From IMG/VR virus record IMGVR_UViG_3300042344_000419: a DNA stretch of 64,000 nt; one strand, written 5' to 3'. The notes below the pieces were generated by a model that had not been told where the DNA came from, made no database searches, and was given only the letters and a program-made list of their open reading frames with translations. Positions 1 through 7,679 of the stretch are shown in pieces. The translations under genes and the position numbers were made by a program. This stretch comes from an uncultured virus (IMG/VR IMGVR_UViG_3300042344_000419) (Duplodnaviria > Heunggongvirae > Uroviricota > Caudoviricetes). Within the stretch, counting starts at the first letter, position 1. Every line of letters begins with the position of its first letter.

Positions 1-20
1 AATTAGTTAGGGAGTAGGCG

Positions 21-611
21 ATGCCTCTTTATCAAAAAGTCCCTGCGGAACCAGTTGCCGTACAGATGGCAGCGTTGATACGGCCTTCTATTAGTGGAAC
101 ATCTTTTACTGCGCCCTATACTACCAATTTAACGGGAACTGGGTCAAGATTTCTTACGCAAGTTTCAACGTCGAATAGATTGCAGACTATAACATCGTCG
201 GGGATAAGGCATAACCTTGGACTCGTAACGTCCGTCGCAAGTAATACAAGCCTAGGTTTCACAACTTTCAGGTCAATTTCGGACAATCCAATTCACGTCA
301 TACCGCTGGATACTGGTTCCCCAACAACTGGAACTACATTCATAACTCAAAAATCTAATACGGCGTTTACAGTAGCAAACGGAAGCTATTACATATTATC
401 AAGTGTAGGTTTACTTGGGCCGTACTCAATGACGCTCGCTGATTCAAATTTTACACTTCAATTCTCTTACGATTCAGCTTACTTTACGTGGGCAACTGCA
501 AGTTCTACCATAAACGAGTTAACCGCAGGATTAAATCTTTTTCCCTCAACAAATTTGACGGCAGGAACAGTCTACTATGTTTCTCCTGATAATATCCTAA
601 GAATTGCGTGA
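21..611 (+). CDS. hypothetical virion/tail-associated protein
   Basis: 196-aa Thr/Ser-rich ORF coupled to the next structural gene. Confidence 0.55.
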   Translation: MPLYQKVPAEPVAVQMAALIRPSISGTSFTAPYTTNLTGTGSRFLTQVSTSNRLQTITSSGIRHNLGLVTSVASNTSLGFTTFRSISDNPIHVIPLDTGSPTTGTTFITQKSNTAFTVANGSYYILSSVGLLGPYSMTLADSNFTLQFSYDSAYFTWATASSTINELTAGLNLFPSTNLTAGTVYYVSPDNILRIA

Positions 612-612
612 T

Positions 613-3255
613 ATGCCCTCCCTCCCACTATTTAAACCCGTAGTTTACGATGCGGATGCCGTAACCTACTTCAATAAGGTCGGCACTCCGCTGAGCGATT
701 TGGGTAAGACTCAAGTCAACGCCCTCATTCTGAACATGAAAGAGTTGGGCATTTGGTCTACCTGCGCCCACGGCTGGCTTTATTTGCCTGAACATAGTGG
801 AGTGCCAGTCGGGGCAACAACTGGAGTATTCTATGATTTAAAAGGAGTATCAGATTTAACTATGACTGGTTTTGCTGCAGCTGGGCAAACTCAAACAGTC
901 AACGGTCCGCACATCTGGGAAAACGGACTACGAACGTTGCGCTCTGAGCTTCTAGGTACTGTTCCCGTGGCTGGGCGTTTTGGTAATACGAATTACACAA
1001 ACGGGGAAGACCCTGGCTTTGTTTGGGGTGGGCTGTGGGACGAACCGATTGATTGGTCAACAGGAACTAGCGCTGCAACGGGACCGTCAACAGGATCCTC
1101 TCATTTTACTTTTGGTTTTGGTAATCAAAGCCCCTTGGTTTTCGACGTCGCAGCACATGGCTCAGGTACTTTGCATAGCCCCACCAATCAATACTACTCA
1201 CAGCGTTTTAGGTTTATTGCTCCGACAACTAGGGGGATGAGATTCGGGATTATTGGCGGTGGCCCAACATACTTTGATTACCCGTTATTTGTTGCTTTCG
1301 ACCCTACTGCATCCTACACGTTTTCAGTATTAGACGCTAACAATCTCACCAATAACACAGTAGGTGGTAATACTGTTGGTAACTATAACTATAACTGCAA
1401 TTATAGAATCGGCTTTCAAGGTACGGCTACAGTTCCTAGTCTTCGCCAATTTGACGGGCAAACGCAACCGATAACCACCGAATCGGGCACCGTCGGCTTT
1501 TCCAGACCTCCTTACGCAACTGGCTCACAATCCGGCGCTGGGTTCTTAATTGACGTAGGGCTCTCTGTCCCCTCAACAACGCAAATACGTTGTCGAGCCG
1601 TTAAGATCAATTCAACTAACCCAAACGAGGGGTTTGGTTCTACGCCATTCTTTTTCTTTGTGTTTCAAAAAGACACTAACTTTGGGTTTAGACGAGTCGA
1701 AAAACTAGTTAGTTTCCATCAGACACTAGATAAACAGATAGCGGGCCATCAAAGAGTCTTTAATAAGTTCGCCCCGTATCCTGATCGCTGCCGCATACGA
1801 ACAGCTAAGAACAGAACATCCACCGAGACACTTCCACCGAGAGTCTATTTCGGGGTAAACGGATCTTTGTCCACCCATTGTAACGACCCCGCTAATGCTT
1901 ACGGATCATTTACCCTCGATATGTGGTGCGAGGACGAAGAGTACAGCCTTTTCCCGTCTTCTGTAACCTCCAGTTTAACCTCGGCTCAGTTTCAGAGCTT
2001 TCTACTTTCGCTTCAATACCGAATTCATGACGGGTTTAGTAAAAACAACATTACTTTCCCAACCTCTCCAAATTCCTTTGCGCTAGGCGGCGGGACAATC
2101 ACGCGAAACCTAGGGACGGGGTACAAGACTTATCGGAAGCTTTGTTCTGCTACTTACCCCACTACTGGCCTCCATTTCACGCCGATCCAGAATGTAACTT
2201 CTCAAGCGATCACCAACGTAGCTACTGCGGTCGTACTTACAGTAACATTCACCCCATCCCCACTCTACAACGTGGGTAGTATAATTCGAATCGACAACGA
2301 ACAGATGTTAATTACCGCAATAGGAGTTGGTCCCACCCTCACAGTTACAAGGGGGCATAACGGCACTACAGCTGCCGCACACAACGCTAGCTCGATCGTG
2401 TTTATCTTCGACCCAAGAATCAGGATGTATATTTCCTACCCAAGTTTCATTAATAACTTTGAGGTCATGGCTACCGACTTTAACTTAAATTATATCCCGA
2501 GCTACGACGCAGACGCCTTAACCTATTTCACAAACACGGGGATTACAGATCTTACAGCACGTCGCCAAATAAATGACTTTGTTGTCGGGGTTAAAGCTCT
2601 AGGTGCCTGGTCTACTATGGTCTGTTGGCCGATGCGAAGCTCACAAAACGCTGGAACAGGTTCGACCGTGTATAGCCTTGGGGGAGGTGGGACATTTAAC
2701 GGCACTATGGCTGGCGGAGCTACTTGGGGTAGCGAGGGGATAATTTTTAACGGGTCTACGGGTCGAGTCTCAACAGCTCTTACTTCAATTACGAGTGATC
2801 ACACATCGATGAGTATCTTTAAGCAAACCTCAATTACAGGCAACCAAGTTACCCTAGCTAAAGACGATCAAGGTTCAAATCGACAGTTTAACCACGTTTC
2901 GGACGGGAGCTCATATCTGGGTCAGGTCTGGAATACTACCGCTCGAAGTATATTTGTTGGAACACCCGTTGCTGGAGCCTTTAGGTCAATCGTTCTCCGT
3001 AATAGCGCAAGTCTTACAAACGCCCAACCGGGGCAGTGGTATAACAATCCAACTCAGACAACAACAACCTCTGGGACAATGTCTGCTGGTACAGCAGGTG
3101 TTTCAATTGGGTCTGCAAGTAACTCAAATTTCTTCTTTAACGGGGTTATACCTTTCGTTGCTGTTTGGAATTCATACTTAAGTGATACGAACCGGGCGAC
3201 TGTGTATCGAATTTATCGTGACACGCTTGGCGAGGGGATAACGCTACCTAACTAA
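613..3255 (+). CDS. putative virion fibre/spike protein with duplicated module and C-terminal LamG/concanavalin-like domain
   Basis: ATG at 613; two copies of YDADA(V/L)TYF...Q(V/I)N...K.LG.WS; beta-rich C-terminus ending ..FFNGVIPFVAVWNSYLSD.. Confidence 0.6.
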   Translation: MPSLPLFKPVVYDADAVTYFNKVGTPLSDLGKTQVNALILNMKELGIWSTCAHGWLYLPEHSGVPVGATTGVFYDLKGVSDLTMTGFAAAGQTQTVNGPHIWENGLRTLRSELLGTVPVAGRFGNTNYTNGEDPGFVWGGLWDEPIDWSTGTSAATGPSTGSSHFTFGFGNQSPLVFDVAAHGSGTLHSPTNQYYSQRFRFIAPTTRGMRFGIIGGGPTYFDYPLFVAFDPTASYTFSVLDANNLTNNTVGGNTVGNYNYNCNYRIGFQGTATVPSLRQFDGQTQPITTESGTVGFSRPPYATGSQSGAGFLIDVGLSVPSTTQIRCRAVKINSTNPNEGFGSTPFFFFVFQKDTNFGFRRVEKLVSFHQTLDKQIAGHQRVFNKFAPYPDRCRIRTAKNRTSTETLPPRVYFGVNGSLSTHCNDPANAYGSFTLDMWCEDEEYSLFPSSVTSSLTSAQFQSFLLSLQYRIHDGFSKNNITFPTSPNSFALGGGTITRNLGTGYKTYRKLCSATYPTTGLHFTPIQNVTSQAITNVATAVVLTVTFTPSPLYNVGSIIRIDNEQMLITAIGVGPTLTVTRGHNGTTAAAHNASSIVFIFDPRIRMYISYPSFINNFEVMATDFNLNYIPSYDADALTYFTNTGITDLTARRQINDFVVGVKALGAWSTMVCWPMRSSQNAGTGSTVYSLGGGGTFNGTMAGGATWGSEGIIFNGSTGRVSTALTSITSDHTSMSIFKQTSITGNQVTLAKDDQGSNRQFNHVSDGSSYLGQVWNTTARSIFVGTPVAGAFRSIVLRNSASLTNAQPGQWYNNPTQTTTTSGTMSAGTAGVSIGSASNSNFFFNGVIPFVAVWNSYLSDTNRATVYRIYRDTLGEGITLPN

Positions 3256-3266
3256 CACATAAGGTA

Positions 3267-3293
3267 TTGACAGATTTCAAAGTGAGTTACGAT
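3267..3293 (+). promoter_or_regulatory. promoter-like element TTGACA-N15-TACGAT upstream of capsid leader
   Basis: consensus -35 and TAnnnT -10 with 15-bp spacer; same layout at five other sites. Confidence 0.6.
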
Positions 3294-3299
3294 TTGTTT

Positions 3300-3455
3300 A
3301 GCTGTTAGGAATTGGCATGGGCGTACTCGCGGGCCGCCACCGCGTTAGCTGAGACTGAAACAAGCGCGGGCAATAAAAGCTCTGGGATGCCGCCAGGGGA
3401 ACCAAACATAGGAACTGCCATTACCTTCGGCAATGGGCTTACAGTTTCTTAACTC
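3300..3455 (+). ncRNA. candidate structured 5' leader RNA of the major capsid gene
   Basis: non-coding; hairpins CGCGG/CCGCG, CTGG/CCAG, CCATT..C(TTCG)G..AATGG inside AGGAACTG/CAGTTTCT. Confidence 0.45.
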
Positions 3456-3479
3456 ACTTTTGAAAGGATACTTAATAAT

Positions 3480-4799
3480 ATGGCTACTGATTATACGAAC
3501 ATCGAGCAGTTGCTGATTTCTGAGAGCAACCGTATCGGTGACGATATCTATCGCAAAACAGTGGACACGAGTCCCTGGTTGAAATTGGTTAAACAAGATG
3601 CTTGGCCGGATGAGATGGGTGACACCATTTCTGTCTTGGTTTACGAGCGTTCGCTACCTTACGACGCCTCTGGTCCTAAGATCAATTGGTCTGATCTGAC
3701 TCAGAACGGCGGTGCTTATGGTGGTACCCTCAGCTACAACGGCACTGGAAACTCTGCTTCTGGCTCCGATTCATTCCCCGCCTCTGGTGGAACGATTGAA
3801 TTCGGTCAGACGCTTCGGACTTACGGACTGCAACACGCAGCCCTTGAATCCCCGAACATCTCGTTGAATGACCTGCGCTTCCCCATGAAACGGAAAGAGC
3901 AGCTCGCCAACATCATGCAGATCATGACCGAATCCACGACTGATGTCTGGATTCAGCGGTACCGCGATCAGTACGTTGACCAAGCTGAAAACAAGCTCCT
4001 GGCTACTTCTGCCACGGATCTTACCGACTTGACCAATGCTGATACCGCCATTTCGGGAGCAATTCGCACCCTAAAGACTGGTAACGGAACTCGCGTAAAC
4101 GCGTCTGGTTCCCTTGGTACCTCATTCGCGCACACAACTGCTGCGAATACTGGAGTTACTCAGTTGACCCAGACACTCCTTGATCGGGTGTACATGGATC
4201 TTCTCCGTAACGGAGCAGGTGCAAACGCCTACGATCGGTCTAACGGAGCCCCTGTGTTCTTGGCGATTATGTCGCCCGAAACCAGCGATTCCTTGATTCG
4301 CGCTAACGCGGATATCCGTCAGGACTTCCGCTGGAGCGAACGAGTCAGCGAACTCCTCGCACCCCTCGGCGTACAGCGCAGCTACCGCAACTTCCATCAC
4401 TTGGTTGATGCGTTTGCTCCCCGCTATAACCTGGTTAGCAACGTTTGGACTCGGGTTTATCCCTTTGTCCGCACGACCAACCAGAGCCCTAGCGCAAGTC
4501 GGCAGGGCTTCAAGTATGAGCTGAACTCTAACTACCTCAGCGCCACCTACGAAGATACCATCATCTTCGTTCCTGAAGTGTTCACTAGCTTGGTTCCCAA
4601 GCCCTTGAGCATCGGTGCTGGAATGGAGTTCAACGCTCAAAACTATCGTGGTGAGTTCACTTGGAGGAACATCCTCGATCGCGAAAATAATCCAGACGGG
4701 ACCCTCGGGTATTTCCGGGCCATTTATAGCAATGGCGCGAAACCCATCTTCCCGCACATGGGTTACGTGATCCGTCACGCCCGTAACACCATCGCTTAA
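3480..4799 (+). CDS. major capsid protein
   Basis: 439 aa, SD (GAAAGGA), biased codon use, followed by small decoration-like gene and terminator; size and context fit an HK97-fold MCP. Confidence 0.75.
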   Translation: MATDYTNIEQLLISESNRIGDDIYRKTVDTSPWLKLVKQDAWPDEMGDTISVLVYERSLPYDASGPKINWSDLTQNGGAYGGTLSYNGTGNSASGSDSFPASGGTIEFGQTLRTYGLQHAALESPNISLNDLRFPMKRKEQLANIMQIMTESTTDVWIQRYRDQYVDQAENKLLATSATDLTDLTNADTAISGAIRTLKTGNGTRVNASGSLGTSFAHTTAANTGVTQLTQTLLDRVYMDLLRNGAGANAYDRSNGAPVFLAIMSPETSDSLIRANADIRQDFRWSERVSELLAPLGVQRSYRNFHHLVDAFAPRYNLVSNVWTRVYPFVRTTNQSPSASRQGFKYELNSNYLSATYEDTIIFVPEVFTSLVPKPLSIGAGMEFNAQNYRGEFTWRNILDRENNPDGTLGYFRAIYSNGAKPIFPHMGYVIRHARNTIA

Positions 4800-4821
4800 T
4801 TAGAGAAAGGAGAACATATAT

Positions 4822-5115
4822 ATGGCTCTTCCTCTCTCTATTACGACACAAGATCAGGTCTTTGCGGCTGGAGTCCGCAATGTCCTGACTAATGGTGGTG
4901 CGTGGACTAACGTTGTTCCGTTGACCGCAGCCTCGGGCACGGCTTCCAACACCATTACTGGTGTTGGGACTGCTGTGGGTGCGGGTTCAACCGACACCAC
5001 TGCCGCCCTCAAGGCGGACGTGGATGCTCGTCTAGTCACGATCAACACCAACCTCAAGTCGCTAGCGGAAAAGGTTAACGAACTCATTGTTCTCGTTAAC
5101 CGAGTCAACGCCTAA
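4822..5115 (+). CDS. putative head decoration/head fibre protein
   Basis: SD AAGGAG; directly after MCP; C-terminal coiled coil ..LKSLAEKVNELIVLVN. Confidence 0.55.
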   Translation: MALPLSITTQDQVFAAGVRNVLTNGGAWTNVVPLTAASGTASNTITGVGTAVGAGSTDTTAALKADVDARLVTINTNLKSLAEKVNELIVLVNRVNA

Positions 5116-5124
5116 GTTAATAAT

Positions 5125-5168
5125 GGAGGCTCCTAGGGTTCTATCCCCTAGGGGCCTTCACCTTTTCT
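5125..5168 (+). terminator. intrinsic terminator after capsid operon
   Basis: GGAGGCTCCTAGGG-TTCTATC-CCCTAGGGGCCTTC followed by CCTTTTCT. Confidence 0.75.
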
Positions 5169-5169
5169 T

Positions 5170-5502
5170 ATGCTGGCCAATCAAGTCGTAGTTCCGAAAA
5201 GCAAACAAGTCGCTGACGAGACTGGCGCACAAGAAACGCCCGTTTCTAACGACCTTGTAGTGTTTCCAGTCCCCAATGGTTTTGTTCCCCCCGACGGCGT
5301 ACAACCAGGGCAATCTTTTGAAGTTGTTGCTCGGGTTCAATACACCAAAGGCCAAATGATTCTCGAAGCGATTGAAGGGAATGAAGTTCGTATGGCTTCT
5401 ACCATCAAGCGATCAAAGATCCAAAAAGATGCTTCTTTTGAGAATGCAGTTGAGCAGGGGTTAAGCGAAACCGAGACAGGTGGAAGTGCGGGGATGGCTT
5501 GA
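5170..5502 (+). CDS. hypothetical protein
   Basis: 110-aa ORF, ATG start, in operon. Confidence 0.6.
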   Translation: MLANQVVVPKSKQVADETGAQETPVSNDLVVFPVPNGFVPPDGVQPGQSFEVVARVQYTKGQMILEAIEGNEVRMASTIKRSKIQKDASFENAVEQGLSETETGGSAGMA

Positions 5503-5770
5503 TCTGACGGCAGCTATTGCCGAGCAAGCTATTGCGGATCTCGATCTCGCAATATCACCTTGCAAAGCAAAGCGAAAGCCAGATTGGGCGTTCACCCCAG
5601 AACACTTCCGTGAGTTCTTTGGGATGACGGAAGACTTGTTTCGGGTATGCGGCTTTCGGCTCAACCCCGAAGCAGTTCGTGATCGACTAAATAAGAGACT
5701 AACAAAACTGGATAAAATACATGCCTCGCAAGGAAATAAACGAAATACTAGTAGAGCTAGCCGCCATTAA
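5480..5770 (+). CDS. hypothetical protein
   Basis: 96-aa ORF filling the gap between neighbours. Confidence 0.5.
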   Translation: MEVRGWLDLTAAIAEQAIADLDLAISPCKAKRKPDWAFTPEHFREFFGMTEDLFRVCGFRLNPEAVRDRLNKRLTKLDKIHASQGNKRNTSRASRH

Positions 5771-5951
5771 CGGAAAATTGGACGGTATTGCCGATCTTAT
5801 TAAGAGGCATGACGACCATCTTTCTGGCCACGATTCTAGGCTTCGTCACGTAGAGAAGAATATGAACGTTGCTTTTGGATGGGCTGGTGCGATTGGGTTT
5901 TGTGCTTCCGTCGTCGGTACTTGGTTGTGGGACAAACTAGGGATAAAATAA
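5721..5951 (+). CDS. small membrane protein (coiled coil + C-terminal TM; holin/XhlA-like)
   Basis: ..RLRHVEK.. followed by hydrophobic VAFGWAGAIGFCASVVGTWLW; starts lysis cassette. Confidence 0.55.
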   Translation: MPRKEINEILVELAAINGKLDGIADLIKRHDDHLSGHDSRLRHVEKNMNVAFGWAGAIGFCASVVGTWLWDKLGIK

Positions 5952-5990
5952 CACTTGTTGCGTATTGACAAACCCGTGTCAAAATTAGCC

Positions 5991-6389
5991 ATGAGCGCGC
6001 TATTGATCTTGGCTTGCCTCTTTATTTCGGGATGTACGACAGTTTCTAGTAAAGGATTACCTAATTTCTCAACTACAGAAGCTCGGCTGGACGCAGCTTC
6101 AGCCGTAGCCAATCCAGAAGCCAAAGCTCATATAAAGGCCGCTAGAGAGCAATTGCAGGCCGCTAAAGAGGCTTGCTACGCCAATACCGAGTCTTTGGAG
6201 CAGGCGATTAAGGAAAAGAACGAAGCTGTTAAGGACGCAGTTGTTTGGAAGGAGAAACAGAGGAAAGCTTTAAAAGAACTTTGGATCTACCGAGGTGCGA
6301 TTATCGCTCTGGTTCTTTGGGTATTCCGTGGATTCCTATTTAGCGGGGCTATGACCATTGCTCGGAAGTTTGTGGGGATACCCTGGTGA
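5991..6389 (+). CDS. putative spanin-like lipoprotein
   Basis: signal peptide with lipobox LFISG-C, coiled coil, C-terminal hydrophobic helix. Confidence 0.55.
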   Translation: MSALLILACLFISGCTTVSSKGLPNFSTTEARLDAASAVANPEAKAHIKAAREQLQAAKEACYANTESLEQAIKEKNEAVKDAVVWKEKQRKALKELWIYRGAIIALVLWVFRGFLFSGAMTIARKFVGIPW

Positions 6390-6727
6390 TCCATTGGCTT
6401 CGCAGCAACTTTCAAGGGCTTCTAGCTCTCGGTGTCGCTATCATCGTATTTTTCTTTTTAGGCCCAATCCTTCAGGGTTTCGACACAACCGCTGGGGTCG
6501 TTGACTTGGGTTCGCTCCACGTCCTCGCCTTTGGAGCTGTACGATTCCTTTTCTGCACGTTCTTAAGTTGGTCTGTATTACAGATGGATTGGAAGATCCT
6601 AGATCGTTACGTCGACAGAGGAGTGCTCAAGGACGACTGGAAAGAAGCCTGTCCGAAGACAAGACTGACAATCTTCTCGTTTGTTTTTGGGATCCTCCTG
6701 ATCGCAGCAATTATTTCATGCAAATAA
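6386..6727 (+). CDS. putative holin (about 3 TM segments)
   Basis: three hydrophobic stretches; overlaps endolysin start. Confidence 0.55.
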   Translation: MIHWLRSNFQGLLALGVAIIVFFFLGPILQGFDTTAGVVDLGSLHVLAFGAVRFLFCTFLSWSVLQMDWKILDRYVDRGVLKDDWKEACPKTRLTIFSFVFGILLIAAIISCK

Positions 6728-7248
6728 TATATGTTGCGCTTTTTATTGCGTTTCTTACCGACTCTTTGGCTAGCCCAGGAGTTGAGGCGTCGCGGATTCT
6801 CGTCATTGAACAAGCCCGCAAAAGTATCGGTATTCGCGAACAATCGGGACGCAACGACGGGCCCGTGGTGGACTCGATCCTCGCATCCGTAAATCTTGAA
6901 GGCTCAAAAGCACCTTGGTGTGCCGCATTCATCGTTTGGGTCGGCGACAAGGCATTCGGTTCAACGCTACTCAATCCCTACCCTCGCTCGGCTTGGAGCC
7001 CGACATTTCTCTACAAACCTACCTGGGATAGACAGAGGAAGGGAACCCCACTCAAACCCGCCGACGTCTTCGGGATCTGGTTTCACTCGATGGGTCGGGT
7101 GGCGCACGTTGGCTTTGTTGAGAAAAACGAGGGGGATTGGCTCGTGACGATTGAGGGCAATACAAACGGTGGCGGGAGCCGGGATGGGGATGGCGTTTAT
7201 AGAAGGAGAAGATTGTCAACAAATGTCCTAGGCAGGGGGTGGCTGTGA
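6718..7248 (+). CDS. CHAP-domain endolysin with N-terminal signal peptide
   Basis: PWCAAF, HVGFV, TIEGNT motifs; hydrophobic N-terminus MQIIYVALFIAFL from ATG 6718. Confidence 0.85.
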   Translation: MQIIYVALFIAFLTDSLASPGVEASRILVIEQARKSIGIREQSGRNDGPVVDSILASVNLEGSKAPWCAAFIVWVGDKAFGSTLLNPYPRSAWSPTFLYKPTWDRQRKGTPLKPADVFGIWFHSMGRVAHVGFVEKNEGDWLVTIEGNTNGGGSRDGDGVYRRRRLSTNVLGRGWL

Positions 7249-7670
7249 GCCTTCGGATTGGTGCCGTCGGTGTTCAGAAGGTGGCCGCAAAACTTCTTGA
7301 GCAAGGCTTCCTTGTCAGCACCCCCATAATTGACGATGGGTACGATCTAATTACCGATTGGAAGGGCAGGTTGTGCAGGGTTCAGGTTAAAAGCACGATG
7401 GGCGCATCGGATTCAAATGCCCGCAATAAGCTAAAGTTCTTAGCTGTCCGTGGAGCAGGCTACGGGTATGGGGCATACCTAAAGATCAACAAAGAAAAGA
7501 TGAGATATAAAGCAAACGTATGCGACGCGTTTGTGTTTTACCATATTCCGCAAGACGCTGTCTTCGCTGTCCCCAGTAACAAGCTCCCAAAAACTAAATC
7601 GATTTACTTCTCACCCAATTCCTCTTGGAGAGACAACTGGGCTGTCTTGCGAAATTTTAGGAAAGGCTAG
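7239..7670 (+). CDS. PD-(D/E)XK endonuclease (group I intron-associated/homing-like family)
   Basis: ..YDLITD..RVQVKS.. motif and CDAFVFY C-terminal part. Confidence 0.75.
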   Translation: MAVSLRIGAVGVQKVAAKLLEQGFLVSTPIIDDGYDLITDWKGRLCRVQVKSTMGASDSNARNKLKFLAVRGAGYGYGAYLKINKEKMRYKANVCDAFVFYHIPQDAVFAVPSNKLPKTKSIYFSPNSSWRDNWAVLRNFRKG

Positions 7671-7673
7671 AAT
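7647..7673 (+). promoter_or_regulatory. promoter-like element TTGCGA-N15-TAGAAT, leaderless ATG at 7680
   Basis: 15-bp spacer; 6 nt between -10 and ATG; no clear SD at normal spacing. Confidence 0.6.
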
Positions 7674-7679
7674 TTGTTT

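Noticed and set aside
3340..3405. TPP riboswitch or hammerhead ribozyme suggested by GCTGAGA, CTGA..GAAA and AGGGGA
   Set aside because: No CCTGAT/TAAT..GCG core for TPP, and no CTGANGA plus stem II for a hammerhead.
4122..4778. 218-aa antisense ORF, and similar long antisense ORFs at 15240-16292, 17055-17777 and 18693-19211
   Set aside because: Shadow frames of strongly biased structural genes with no recognisable motifs.
5965..5991. Seventh N15 promoter (TTGACA-N15-TAGCCA)
   Set aside because: Lacks the conserved final T of the -10 and would overlap the start codon; kept only as a palindrome.
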